A stretch of 64,000 nt of DNA. Source: Macrostomum lignano (Eukaryota). Location of the stretch: positions 62,001 through 126,000 of the forward strand of contig NIVC01001646.1 of the NCBI GenBank assembly GCA_002269645.1, read 5' to 3'. The first letter of the stretch is position 1; every line of letters begins with the position of its first letter. The notes beneath the pieces are model-generated. The model was not told the origin of the DNA. It saw nothing but the letters and a program-made list of their open reading frames with translations, and ran no database searches. A program made the translations under genes and the position numbers. Shown in pieces: positions 13,960-26,069 of this stretch.

Positions 13960-15020
13960 GAAATGAGCACATTGAAACACATCCTCATTGCTGCAACACA
14001 CTCAGGAAATGAGCACATTGAAACACATCCTCATTGCTGCAACACACTCAGGAAATGAGCACATTGAAACACATCCTCATTGCTGCAACACACTCAGGAA
14101 ATGAGCACATTGAAACACATCCTCATTGCTGCAACACACTCAGGAAATGAGCACATTGAAACACATCCTCATTGCTGCAACACACTCAGGAAATGAGCAC
14201 ATTGAAACACATCCTCATTGCTGCAACACACTCAGGAAATGAGCACATTGAAACACATCCTCATTGCTGCAACACACTCAGGAAATGAGCACATTGAAAC
14301 ACATCCTCATTGCTGCAACACACTCAGGAAATGAGCACATTGAAACACATCCTCATTGCTGCAACACACTCAGGAAATGAGCACATTGAAACACATCCTC
14401 ATTGCTGCAACACACTCAGGAAATGAGCACATTGAAACACATCCTCATTGCTGCAACACACTCAGGAAATGAGCACATTGAAACACATCCTCATTGCTGC
14501 AACACACTCAGGAAATGAGCACATTGAAACACATCCTCATTGCTGCAACACACTCAGGAAATGAGCACATTGAAACACATCCTCATTGCTGCAACACACT
14601 CAGGAAATGAGCACATGAAACACATCCTCATTGCTGCAACACACTCAGGAAATGAGCACATTGAAACACATCCTCATTGCTGCAACACACTCAGGAAATG
14701 AGCACATGAAACACATCCTCATTGCTGCAACACACTCAGGAAATGAGCACATTGAAACACATCCTCATTGCTGCAACACACTCAGGAAATGAGCACATGA
14801 AACACATCCTCATTGCTGCAACACACTCAGGAAATGAGCACATGAAACACATCCTCATTGCTGCAACACACTCAGGAAATGAGCACATGAAATACATCCT
14901 CATTGCTGCAACACACTCAGGAAATGAGCACATGAAATACATCCTCATTGCTGCAACACACTCAGGAAATGAGGACATGAAATACATCCTCATTGCTGCT
15001 AAACACACAGGAAATGAGCA
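13960..15020. repeat. 46/45-bp minisatellite (gaaatgagcacattgaaacacatcctcattgctgcaacacactcag)
   Basis: Direct reading. Confidence 0.95.
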
Positions 15021-16344
15021 CAAAAGCACACACGCAGAGCACAAATGGTTAACCGCATGATTTTCACCAGAAACTTCTGCAGTCCAATCCTTCCAATTAT
15101 GCATCAAGATTCAGATTGCTATCAGGCCAGCCAGCATCCAGCGGGCCTCATCAGCATCAGAGATCGGCATTTACTATGAAAATTGACCGACTGCTGCCCA
15201 GCCAGCAGGTCCAAACAGTTCGGGGGGGGGGGCAGTTAGTAAGCTATGGATTATCATTACGCAACTCAACCTAATTTGAGCTTGAGTCTATTCGCCATCT
15301 CCCCCTCTCTGATCCCCCACTTCTGCCCAGTTATCCCCATGCAGTTGCGTCACCCGCAGCAGCTTCTCATGATCTTCCGCTCACTCATATCGCAGCCACG
15401 ATGTGCTTGAAATGCAGCTCTGTGGCCGCCTGCTCGATGAACTGCCTCTGTGCCCTCTGTTCTCCCTCTCTATTCTCATCTTTCTATCAGTTTGCCTTTC
15501 TCTACTCCATGTGTCTCCTCTCTACTTTCCCTTCTCGAGTATCTCCTCTCTCATCTCTGTTCCCTCCACTCTCTCTTCTGCCATCTTTTAATCTGCCCTC
15601 TCTCTTCTCCCCTCTCCCCTCTCTACTCTCTCCCTTCTCTCTTCTCTTCCCTCTCTCCATTCCCTTCTCTTCTCTCGCCTCTCCCCTTTCTACCCTCTCT
15701 GCTCTCTCCCCTCTCCTCTTCCCTCTTCCCTCTCTCCCCCCTCCTCTCTCCCCTCCTTTCTCTCTATTGCTTCCTCCATTTCCCATCTTCCCCTCCTTTC
15801 TTTTTCTCCGTTCTCTCAGAGTTTTTTCAAGCAGCCCAGATTTCTGACTCACTGCTCTATGCCAGCGTGAGAGGGCCTTGTTTTGGTTGGAGTTCGGGCT
15901 GTGTCTAGCTGGGGCGCAGTGCCAATAAATTTCAGCTAACAGCTACAGCTTCTGGGCGGTTATCAGGGTGGATCAGTCTCCGCCCACCAGCGCTCTCCAT
16001 CCAGCGACTCCGAACAAAGAATGAAATAAGGAGGCCCAACAGCCAGAGAGAGAGGCAGAGAGGGGAAACCTGAGGGGGACGCAAGTGTAGTTTTCTGCGA
16101 GTTGCAAAATATTAGAATATCAGAGGCATGGTGGTTCCCCCCCCCGCTGTTGCATGTGTGCTAATTGGCAAATTCTGCTATTTGTCTTGCATGCTCTCAC
16201 TGTGTGTTCTTCTGGAGCTGTGCAGCTGAGAAAGTTTTCAGTTGGGAATTCTTTCAATTTGGGATTGCATTGCCGGCTATGGAAGTGCGCATTTTGCTGC
16301 TGGCTGCGGAACTTTCTGTCTTCTTAATTCACAGTTTCAATTTC

Positions 16345-17075
16345 GTCTATCAGACTGCCATTCTGTGCTTGTAATTGATCTATCAGACTGCCATTCTGTG
16401 TCTGTAATTGATCTATCAGACTGCCATTCTGTGCCTGTAATTGATCTATCAGACTGCCATTCTGTGTCTGTAATTGATCTATCAGACTGCCATTCTGTGT
16501 CTGTAATTGATCTATCAGACTGCCATTCTGTGTCTGTAATTGATCTATCAGACTGCCATTCTGTGCCTGTAATTGATCTATCAGACTGCCATTCTGTGTC
16601 TGTAATTGATCTATCAGAAAAAATGATGTCTATATCTGATCTATCAGACAATTATTCCATATCTATATCTGATCTATCAGCCAATTATTCCATATCTATA
16701 TCTGATCTATCAGACAATTATTCCATATCTATATCTGATCTATCAGACAATTATTCTATATCTATATCTAATCTATCAGACAATCACTCCATATCTATAT
16801 CTAATCTATCAGACAATCACTCCATATCTATATCTGATCTATCAGACAATCACTCCATATCTATATCTAATCTATCAGACAATCACTCCATATCTATATC
16901 TGATCTATCAGACAATTATTCCATATCTATATCTGATCTATCAAAAAATCACTCCATATCTATATCTGATCTATCAGACAATCACTCCATATCTATATCT
17001 GATCTATCAGACAATTATTCTATATCTATATCTGATCTCAGACAATCACTCCATATCTATATCTGATCTATCAGA
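16345..17075. repeat. Compound 33-bp minisatellite (two unit types sharing gatctatcaga)
   Basis: Both halves translate as 11-aa repeats (DLSDCHSVSVI and DLSDNYSISIS). Confidence 0.95.
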
Positions 17076-17944
17076 CAATCAATCAGTGCATAGGCCTAGC
17101 TCTGTGCCAAAGATTGCCAAATCTACAAATATCGTCGATCAACAAGACTAGAACTGTTGCATTCCCAATCAGCTCGCCGCACAGAAGTCAGAAGTTAATG
17201 GAAAAACGGGGAGAGAAACCCGCAGTCCCAGCAATTCCAAGGTTTAGCAGGCTCTGACGCAACACCTCGCCCAGCAACATAACGACCAGACGAACGGCGA
17301 GAGAGCGAGAGGTGCGATAGGAATTGTTGTGGAAACGATAATTTAAAACCGGACCGTTTCGAACTAAAGAGAAGGAGAAAAAAGGCCGTCGTGTCACTCA
17401 AAAACCGCGCTGACCTCCAGCCGCGGCCGGGCGGGCAATCGCGGCAGAAAAAAGACACACAACAGACAGACAGACAGAGGAAAATTGGCAGAATTTTTAA
17501 ACACACAGCCTTCCACAGCCTGGACAAAGGTATAAATCCCCAACTTGCGGGAGATAGTTATCCCTGCATGAATGGGATTGCAGGGAGGAAAGTTGCACTG
17601 GCCAGAGGATGCATTGCTGCTGCTATAGAAGAAAAAGCAGAGAAGAAGCAGATTTCAAACAGAATGGCCCCTGCGCACTAGATAAGGCTCATCTTCCACT
17701 ACCCAAGGCGGGTTTACAAATGGCCAGTCGCTACGGCCTGCAAGGACAAGTGGAAGTCTCGATTGCCTCTTTGAAGAATCTGCATCCTCTGGATAACCAA
17801 AGCTTTTCATTTGCTGGCCACTGGATAACGGCTTGTTGGGAAAGAGAATGTCATCTTTCGGATGGTCCCGCCAGAAACTGCATGTTGCGTCGCTTTTGCG
17901 TATCACTGCGCAATCATGAAGGCTATAAGGCAGTGCATTGCAAA

Positions 17945-18255
17945 TTGTTGTGTGAGGCGCTGCTGTTGTTGTGTGAGGCGCTGCTGTTGTTGTGTGAGGC
18001 GCTGCTGTTGTTGTGTGAGGCGTTGCTGTTGTTGTGTGAGGCGCTGCTGTTGTTGTGTGAGGCGCTGCTGTTGTTGTGTGAGACGCTGCTGTTGTTGTGT
18101 GAGGCGCTGCTGTTGTTGTGTGAGGCGCTGCTGTTGTTGTGTGAGGCGCTGCTGTTGTTTTGTGAGGCGCTGCTGTTGTTGTGTGAGACGCTGCTGTTGT
18201 TGTGTGAGGCGCTGCTGTTGTTGTGTGAGGCGCTGCTGTTTTTGTGTGAGCAGCG
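17945..18255. repeat. 21-bp minisatellite (gtgtgaggcgctgctgttgtt)
   Basis: Direct reading. Confidence 0.95.
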
Positions 18256-18383
18256 CTGTTGCTTCACTCCATAAAGTACAAAATCACGTTCTGAAACGCA
18301 GCCCCCAGTGAGTCTTCGATACTAAGTAAAGAAGGTCCTGTTCCGTGCAAAAATCAGCTCTCAAGACAGCCCCCAGGACGCTA

Positions 18384-18776
18384 CACGCCCACTAATGCCT
18401 GTTCCAGATAGTCTTCTTCTTCTAGCATGGCTTCCCCCCGAGTCGCTTCATCTTCACCGTTCGCGCGACCGCCTTCGGGCTGCGCACCGGGGGAGTCGCT
18501 CGGATTCATTTTATAGTTGCCATCTTGCCGGGCTGGAAGTCCGCTCTCAGTTTGCGGCGCGGGAAAGCGGGAAGCCGGCCAGCTCGGGACAGCGTGAATA
18601 ATGCGGATAACGCGGTTATCCCCGGGCCTGGCAGCTAATGAGGAAGCGCCCGGCCGCCCGATTGCATTAGCGGCCTGAGTCCGGGCCTCCGCTGCCGCTT
18701 CCGACACCTGATCAGCGGCTGCGGCCACTGCCCCGGGGCTCGGGGACTCCAGAGCGGCATTCTCAGCTATATTCTG
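18384..18776 (-). CDS. Candidate exon, Ala/Glu-rich low-complexity segment (QNIAENAALESPSPGAVAAAADQ...EEEDYLEQ)
   Basis: Acceptor ttttccag|CAG followed by about 130 open GC-rich codons outside any repeat. Confidence 0.5.
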
Positions 18777-18815
18777 CTGGAAAATTGTTGCTGGGCGGGT
18801 TAGAGAGGCAGATAC

Positions 18816-19078
<263 letters not shown>

Positions 19079-20491
19079 GCACTCGAGCATATTCTAGTAC
19101 TGAGATTATAGACTCATATCGAATGCAAAATTTCTGGTACTCAATCTTCGAAACGAGTCTAATTGCAATTAGCGAGTCGCCTACAATCACGGTCGAGCAG
19201 CCAAGTCGGAGAAGAAGCCCGAGGTCATTTAAGGTCATCGGCGGGTCACGGTTTTGGAATGTAACTTTTGATATAGTGCCGATTGATTGAGTTCTTTCTA
19301 AGTGGCTTCATTCATGTACATGTAGGCTAGATTGGTGCAGAAATTTATTATCCTACAAGTCTGAAGTTTCCATTACTCATAATCCCTATGAGCATAGCAG
19401 CATTAGCAACCGGCTCAGCAGCAGGATTGTAAAAGTGCGCCGGCACTTAATTACAGAAACACGGCAAGCGTGACATACCAGTCGCTGCCACCCCCCTCCC
19501 TCCCTACCCCTCTCTGCCTCTCCCAGAGCGAACTCTTGAAAAACTTACTCTTTGAAACCTGCGAACTACTTACTGTACTCCAGTTTGGCTACCAATATTA
19601 CAATATTCACTCTCTCGCTCACGCTTCGCTTTCGTTCTCACTTCCAGCGCCTCCCTCCCTCGGCGGTGAACTGGCGGTTAGGAAAGTCTTTGGATGACTT
19701 GGGAGCAGGAGTGGCAAATCTGGGAGAAACTCGACGGACAAGCAAGGAGGATAGGGAAGGATAGAAAGCCTGTTTGACGAAGCAAACACAGATTTCTTTT
19801 TCACCCTCCTATCTGCTATAAGAGTTGGAACTCAACCCCCCCCCCGGGCCAGCTTCCGCCAGCATCTCACATCCTTCCCATTCTTCATCTCTCCTGGACC
19901 CCGGTCCGAGTCCTAAAGGCGGCCTTCCTCTGCACCGTCCACTCGAACTCGCCCGCCCGCCAGCAGCAATCAGCCCGCAGCTGCCAAAGAGAGAGAGAGA
20001 GAGAAGGAGAGAGAGAGAGAGAGAGGGAGAGAGAGAGTTTCTTGTCAACAAAAGCGCCGCGGAGGTGGGAGTGCCGGCTGCCGGCAATCTGGCACTGCCC
20101 TTATTTTCCTCATTCCCCCTCTTCCCCTCTAGTGCCCCCGAATCTCCCCTTCCTCTGCTGCTGCTGCTCATCTTCTTAGAAGCAGGAAGACGAAATTGCA
20201 GCGCTCAGATTCCTTCATCTGGATGGCAAACAAACTCGCCCAGGGCCCCCGCACTGTTGTCAGGCCCACTCGCGACTTTTTATTACGATTCGAGAGGAGG
20301 AGAAGAGAATGGCGGCCGGGTTGCGATAGTCCGGATAGCAACTCTGGCTCGAGATTGCTGGGAGGATTTGTAGCTTTTTCTGCTCAGAAACTGCCTTGCT
20401 GGGCTGGCGGCTTGCTTTGCAAGATTTCGACTCCATTTCTAAGAAATTTTGGAGAGCGATTTTTAAATTGCGACTCTAATCCTTAACTATA

Positions 20492-20630
20492 TTGGCTAGA
20501 TTAGCAATCCACTCCTAATCCTAAATCCACACCGGCTAGATTAGCAATCCACTCCTAATCCTAAATCCACATTGGCTAGATTAGCAATCCACTCCTAATC
20601 CTAAATCCACATTGGCTAGATTAGCAATCC
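20492..20630. repeat. 40-bp tandem repeat, about 3.5 copies (ggctagattagcaatccactcctaatcctaaatccacatt)
   Basis: Direct reading. Confidence 0.9.
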
Positions 20631-21547
20631 CAAGTGAATAGGATGAGCCGCCATCTGACCCCACAGTTCATGGACATTATATTTTTGTCCAGCGGGAATC
20701 AGAGCCCGCCATTACCTCCCGTGTTGTCCCCAACGCCAGCCTCCCATTTTCGCTCCTCATCATCGTCAGTTTCCTGGAATCCGCATCGCAGACTTCTGTA
20801 ATACAATTAGGAGGGCCGGCTTGGCGGGTCCCGAAGGTCAACACACTGCTGGGATCTCCGCCCACTCCATTTTCCTTTTCTGCTTGCTCCCTTGCCTGGC
20901 CGAGCTGCATCTGCTGGCTGGGATGAAGGATTCGCAAAGAATTAATCAGCTCCTCCCAGCCTCTCAGCGCCGCCCGTGATTGAAGATTTGAGAACAAAGA
21001 GCGAAAGAGATTGAATGAAGTTTGGACGGCTTTTCTGCTCTCCTTGTTCCCCCCCCCCAGACGGACGGAATGCTCGGAATTTTTTGGGCTTTGAGAAAGT
21101 TGGACAGCTAATTGCTTCTAGAAGGAGCCATGTTAGCAGCTGAACATCGAGTTCGGGAGCAAGCATCGAGGGCACGAAATTCCAATGTCGATGGACTTGA
21201 CTGTTGACAGAGACATTGATTTCTCTGGCAGAGGAATTCGAGATGTCCCCTCTGGGTTATCGACTGCTCGAGACCAATTGTGACCGCTCATCTCTGGAGA
21301 GTTATTAGAAAAATCGCTCACTGGCTTTAGTTTAAAGTCCTCTCAGTTTTGGTCAGTCCTGCGTCCTCTGGGGACACGTGACTCCATGGGACTGAACTTG
21401 ATTGCCTGGCAGAAATGCTTTTGAAGGACGCGCGTCTTTGCGGAAATGTGACTAATGAACGCAAGTTCCCATAGAAATGCTTCTAAGACATTTGTGTTTC
21501 GTGCGAGATGTCTGGGAGAGAATTGTGTTCGCGTACTAATGCCATGT

Positions 21548-23185
21548 GTCTTTGTGGAAGTGAACTTATAGACATGTGTCTTTGCGGAAGTGTAACCAAT
21601 AGACATGTGTCTTTGAGGAAGTGTAACCAATAGACATGTGTCTTTGCGGAAGTTTAACCAATAGACATGTGTCTTTGCGGAAGTGGACCAAATAGACATG
21701 TGTCTTTGCGGAAGTGTAACCAATAGACATGTGTCTTTGCGGAAGTGTAACCAATAGACATGTGTCTCTGTGGAAGTGTAACCAATAGACATGTGTCTTT
21801 GCGGAAGTGTAACCAATAGACATGTGTCTTTGCGGAAGTGTAACCAATAGACATGTGTCTCTGTGGAAGTGTAACCAATAGACATGTGTCTCTGTGGAAG
21901 TGTAACCAATAGACATGTGTCTTTGCGGAAGTGTAACCAATAGACATGTGTCTTTGCGGAAGTGTAACCAATAGACATGTGTCTTTGCGGAAGTGTAACC
22001 AATAGACATGTGTCTTTGCGGAGTGAACCCAATAGAAATGGTCTTTGCGGAAGTGAACCCAATAGACATGTGTCTTTGCGGAAGTGTAACCAATAGACAT
22101 GTGTCTCTGTGGAAGTGTAACCAATAGACATGTGTCTTTGCGGAAGTGTAACCAATAGACATGTGTCTCTGTGGAAGTGTAACCAATAGACATGTGTCTT
22201 TGCGGAAGTGTAACCAATAGACATGTGTCTTTGCGGAAGTGTAACCAATAGACATGTGTCTCTGTGGAAGTGTAACCAATAGACATGTGTCTTTGCGGAA
22301 GTGTAACCAATAGACATGTGTCTTTGCGGAAGTGGAACCAATAGACATGTGTCTTTGCGGAAGTGGACCAAATAGACATGTGTCTTTGCTGAAGTAAACC
22401 CAATAGACATGTGTCTTTGTGGAAGTGGACCCAATAGACATGTGTCTTTGCGGAAGTTTAACCAATAGAAATGGTCTTTGCGGAAGTGAACCCAATAGAC
22501 ATGTGTCTTTGCGGAAGTGTAACCAATAGACATGTGTCTCTGTGGAAGTGTAACCAATAGACATGTGTCTTTGCGGAAGTGTAACCAATAGACATGTGTC
22601 TCTGTGGAAGTGTAACCAATAGACATGTGTCTTTGCGGAAGTGGAACCAATAGACATGTGTCTTTGCGGAAGTGTAACCAATAGACATGTGTCTCTGTGG
22701 AAGTGTAACCAATAGACATGTGTCTTTGCGGAAGTGGAACCAATAGACATGTGTCTCTGTGGAAGTGTAACCAATAGACATGTGTCTTTGCGGAAGTGTA
22801 ACCAATAGACATGTGTCTCTGTGGAAGTGTAACCAATAGAAATGGTCTTTGCGGAAGTGGAACCAATAGACATGTGTCTCTGTGGAAGTGTAACCAATAG
22901 ACATGTGTTTTTGTGGAAGTGTAACCAATAGACATGTGTTTTTGTGGAAGTGTAACCAACAGACATGTGTCTTTGTGGAAGTGTAACCAATAGACATGTG
23001 TCTTTGTGGAAGTGTAACCAATAGACATGTGTCTCTGTGGAAGTGTAACCAATAGACACGTGTCTTTGCGGAAGTGGAACCAATAGACATGTGTCTTTGC
23101 GGAAGTGTAACCAAAAGACATGTGTCTTTGTGGAAGTGGACCCAATAGACATGTGTCTTTGTGGAAGTGGACCCAATAGACATTT
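21548..23185. repeat. 31-bp minisatellite (ccaatagacatgtgtctttgcggaagtgtaa)
   Basis: Direct reading. Confidence 0.95.
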
Positions 23186-23789
23186 GTCTTTATCCTTTAT
23201 AAAATCTTTAAAGTAAGATAAACCCATCTGGCACATGACAAAATGGCGGACTTCTAATGACAAGTCACTGAGCTGAGTTAAGAAGAAGCCAGACGCTATC
23301 AGTCAGCTGGAAAATTTCTTCAAGCTCAAGATCTTCAAACGGCAATGCGAGTTCGAAAAGCTATCCAGTTTCCTAATCCAGATGAAGCCGCGCCAATCAA
23401 TACAGACTCTTTCTTATCTATAAAATTGAAATTGCCAGGCAGAAGAAATGCATTCAATGCTTCTTCTCGTTCTGCCATATTTAAAAATTCAATGCCTGAG
23501 TCTAGAACTTTAATCCTTAATCTGTAGTGTTCAACTATACTTTATAATACTAAGGATTAACCACATATTATGTTGTATAATCAAACAGATTTAACTGTCA
23601 ATATCTCTTCAATAATAAGCCAAAAGGCGGAGCATGCTGTCTAATCCCAAATCTTCATAAGGGATTATCCTCCCCGATATCACTGGGCCATTAAAAGAGT
23701 TTTTATCAATTCTCAGGTTGAGCTTCAGCTGAATGAACAAACTGAATGATAGAAATATCTAGCTCAGAGGGGTGTGTATTTTTTATTGT

Positions 23790-23910
23790 GTGGCGCTAAA
23801 TCTCTGATAGTATGGCGCTGAATTTCTGATAGTGTGGCGCTAAATCTCTGATTGTGTGGCGCTGAATCTCTGATTGTGTGGCGCTAAATCTCTGATAATG
23901 TGGCGCTAAA
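23790..23910. repeat. 22-bp tandem repeat (gtggcgctaaatctctgatagt)
   Basis: Direct reading; about 5 copies. Confidence 0.85.
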
Positions 23911-24459
23911 TCTTCTTTGTCTAATCGCTTTAAAATTATGCTAATAAGGCCAAGCGGTAATCCAGTGCCACCCAAGCTGAACAACTTTGGGTTATAAATC
24001 ACATTGGACTCTGGCTGGATGTTGTGAAAGTGAGTCACCGTGGAGAATGAAGTGGCTCAATATGTTTGAACATGCTCAAAGTCTGTGTGAATGAGCTGCT
24101 TTAAAAGCCAGTAGTGTCTTGTGCAGCGAATTCTCCTCAAAGCTTTTGAATTCTCTTTAAATATAAAATCTTGGGGCGAGAAAAAACGTTTGTCTAGAAA
24201 GCAAAGTTGAAGCAAGAATTTTCTGGTTAGTTGAAATGACAAAGTCTGGCATTTTTTAGCAAACAGGCAGGTGAGCGGAGCTTTGCTGAGAACAACCGCG
24301 TTTTAAAAAGGTGGGATGAGAGACAAAAACACGCAACCAAAAGACTCTTCTTCTGCTGTCAAAATTCTACTGAATCTCTTCTAGGAGCAGCTTGCTTGTG
24401 CTCCTACTCCGAAAAGGAGAACAGGTGCACACAATCTACTCAGATTTGCGTTGATCCAC

Positions 24460-25170
24460 TCTGACCCACTCTGACCTACTCTGACCCTTTCTGACCTACT
24501 CTGACCCTTTATGACCTACTCTACCCTACTCTGACCTATTATGACCCACTCTGACCCACTCTGCCCTACTCTGTCCTACTTTGATCTACTCATACCTACT
24601 CTGACGTAATCTGACCTACTCTGACCTACTCTGGCCTACTCTGACGTAATCTGACCTACTCTGACCTACTCTGGCCTACTCTGGCCTACTCTGGCCTACT
24701 CTGGCCTACTCTGACCTACTCTGGCCTACTCTGGCCTACTCTGGCCTACTCTGGCCTACTCTGGCCTACTCTGGCCTACTCTGGCCTACTCTGGCCTACT
24801 CTGGCCTACTCTGGCCTACTCTGGCCTACTCTGGCCTACTCTGGCCTACTCTGGCCTACTCTGACCTACTCTGACCTACTCTGGCCTACTCTGGCCTACT
24901 CTGGCCTACTCTGACCTACTCTGGCCTACTCTGGCCTACTCTGGCCTACTCTGGCCTACTCTGGCCTACTCTGACCTACTCTGGCCTACTCTGGCCTTCT
25001 CTAGCCTATTTTGACCTACTCTGACGTACTCATGCCTACACTCTGACGTACTCATACCTACACTCTGACGTACTCATGCCTACTCTGACCTACTCTACCC
25101 CACTCTGACCTACTCTAACCCACTCTGACCTACTCTACCCCACTCTGACCTACTCTGACCTACTCTATCC
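24460..25170. repeat. 10-bp minisatellite (ctgacctact / ctggcctact)
   Basis: Direct reading. Confidence 0.95.
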
Positions 25171-26069
25171 TACCCTAACCAACGTTGACCCTAATCCAAA
25201 TAAATCTTTTCGATTCAAATCGATTTTGTAGCAGATAGCAAACACACCAGCCGATGGTAAAAATGCAGCATAAAAGGTTTTCCCGCAAAACTTTTATCCG
25301 GCTGTTCACCCTCACGCCTCTCAGCTGTGTGAATCCCTAGTCGGCCAACACGATAGCACCATCCCCAAGATGCCCCCCCCCGCCCCGAGGCCAAAATCCG
25401 TTTAAACGGTGCATGTGGCAACAAGAGTTATTACGTAATGTTTTTAGTGAAACATTCCCACTTTCTCGCCCTAGCGAGTCCCGGACGGGATATCTGGCAG
25501 ATGTGCGAATCTCCCTCCGCAATCTTCTGCCCCGCCTGTCGCCAAGGGCGCCGCGAGCTGCGGAGTTTCCCACACACACAGCAGCATCTGGACCGAGGCG
25601 GATGAGGCAAAGCAGATAGAAACGGAAAATCGAGATGGAGAAAAAGAGAGAGAGAGCCAGTGTTGGAGAAGAGGCACGTTGACTTCGGCGAAGATGGTGC
25701 CCTCGAGTTGTATATCAAAGCGGCTTATTAACTTGTAAGTTTGCAGGCCCAACCAAATAGTTTGCCTGCGTTTCAGTCATGCAATTTTCGGCCATTTCTG
25801 TCCGGAGAATGCGATGGAATGTCCGCGGCGACCTCGATTGCGCAACAGGAAGCTGGCGGGCGAGCAGAAATTCCTGCAGACGCGGCTTATCGGCTCCGAG
25901 TGCCAATTGTTGCGGCTTGCTGCTGCTTCTGCTGCTGCTGTGACTCAATTAACCAATCTTTGCCGGGAGGCTCGCACCGACCCTGGGGAGGATAATACAG
26001 ATACTTCTCTGGGGCACAACCGGCTGCTGCTGCCTCTCTGTGATGCCTGTAAGACTTGACGGGAGTTCC

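Noticed and set aside
12313-15020. CRISPR-like look of the 55-bp and 46-bp arrays
   Set aside because: Units are head-to-tail with no unique spacers, there are no cas genes, and the context is eukaryotic and intron-rich.
21176-21282. + strand MSMDLTVDRDIDFSGRGIRDVPSGL looks like an LRR N-cap
   Set aside because: Stops after 32 codons, no further LRR exons found, and strand conflicts with the better-supported minus-strand exons.
21343-23263. 600-aa and 565-aa repetitive ORFs; likewise 28972-31085, 39409-41265, 35357-36265, 8333-10063, 10616-11635 and 53379-54623
   Set aside because: They lie entirely in tandem arrays, are open in several frames or both strands at once, and their periodicity equals the DNA unit length. 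They are repeat artefacts, and several sit inside defined introns.
25490-25610. + strand CESPSAIFCPAC looks like a B-box start
   Set aside because: Remaining Cys/His ligands absent, frame closes quickly and there are no supporting splice sites.
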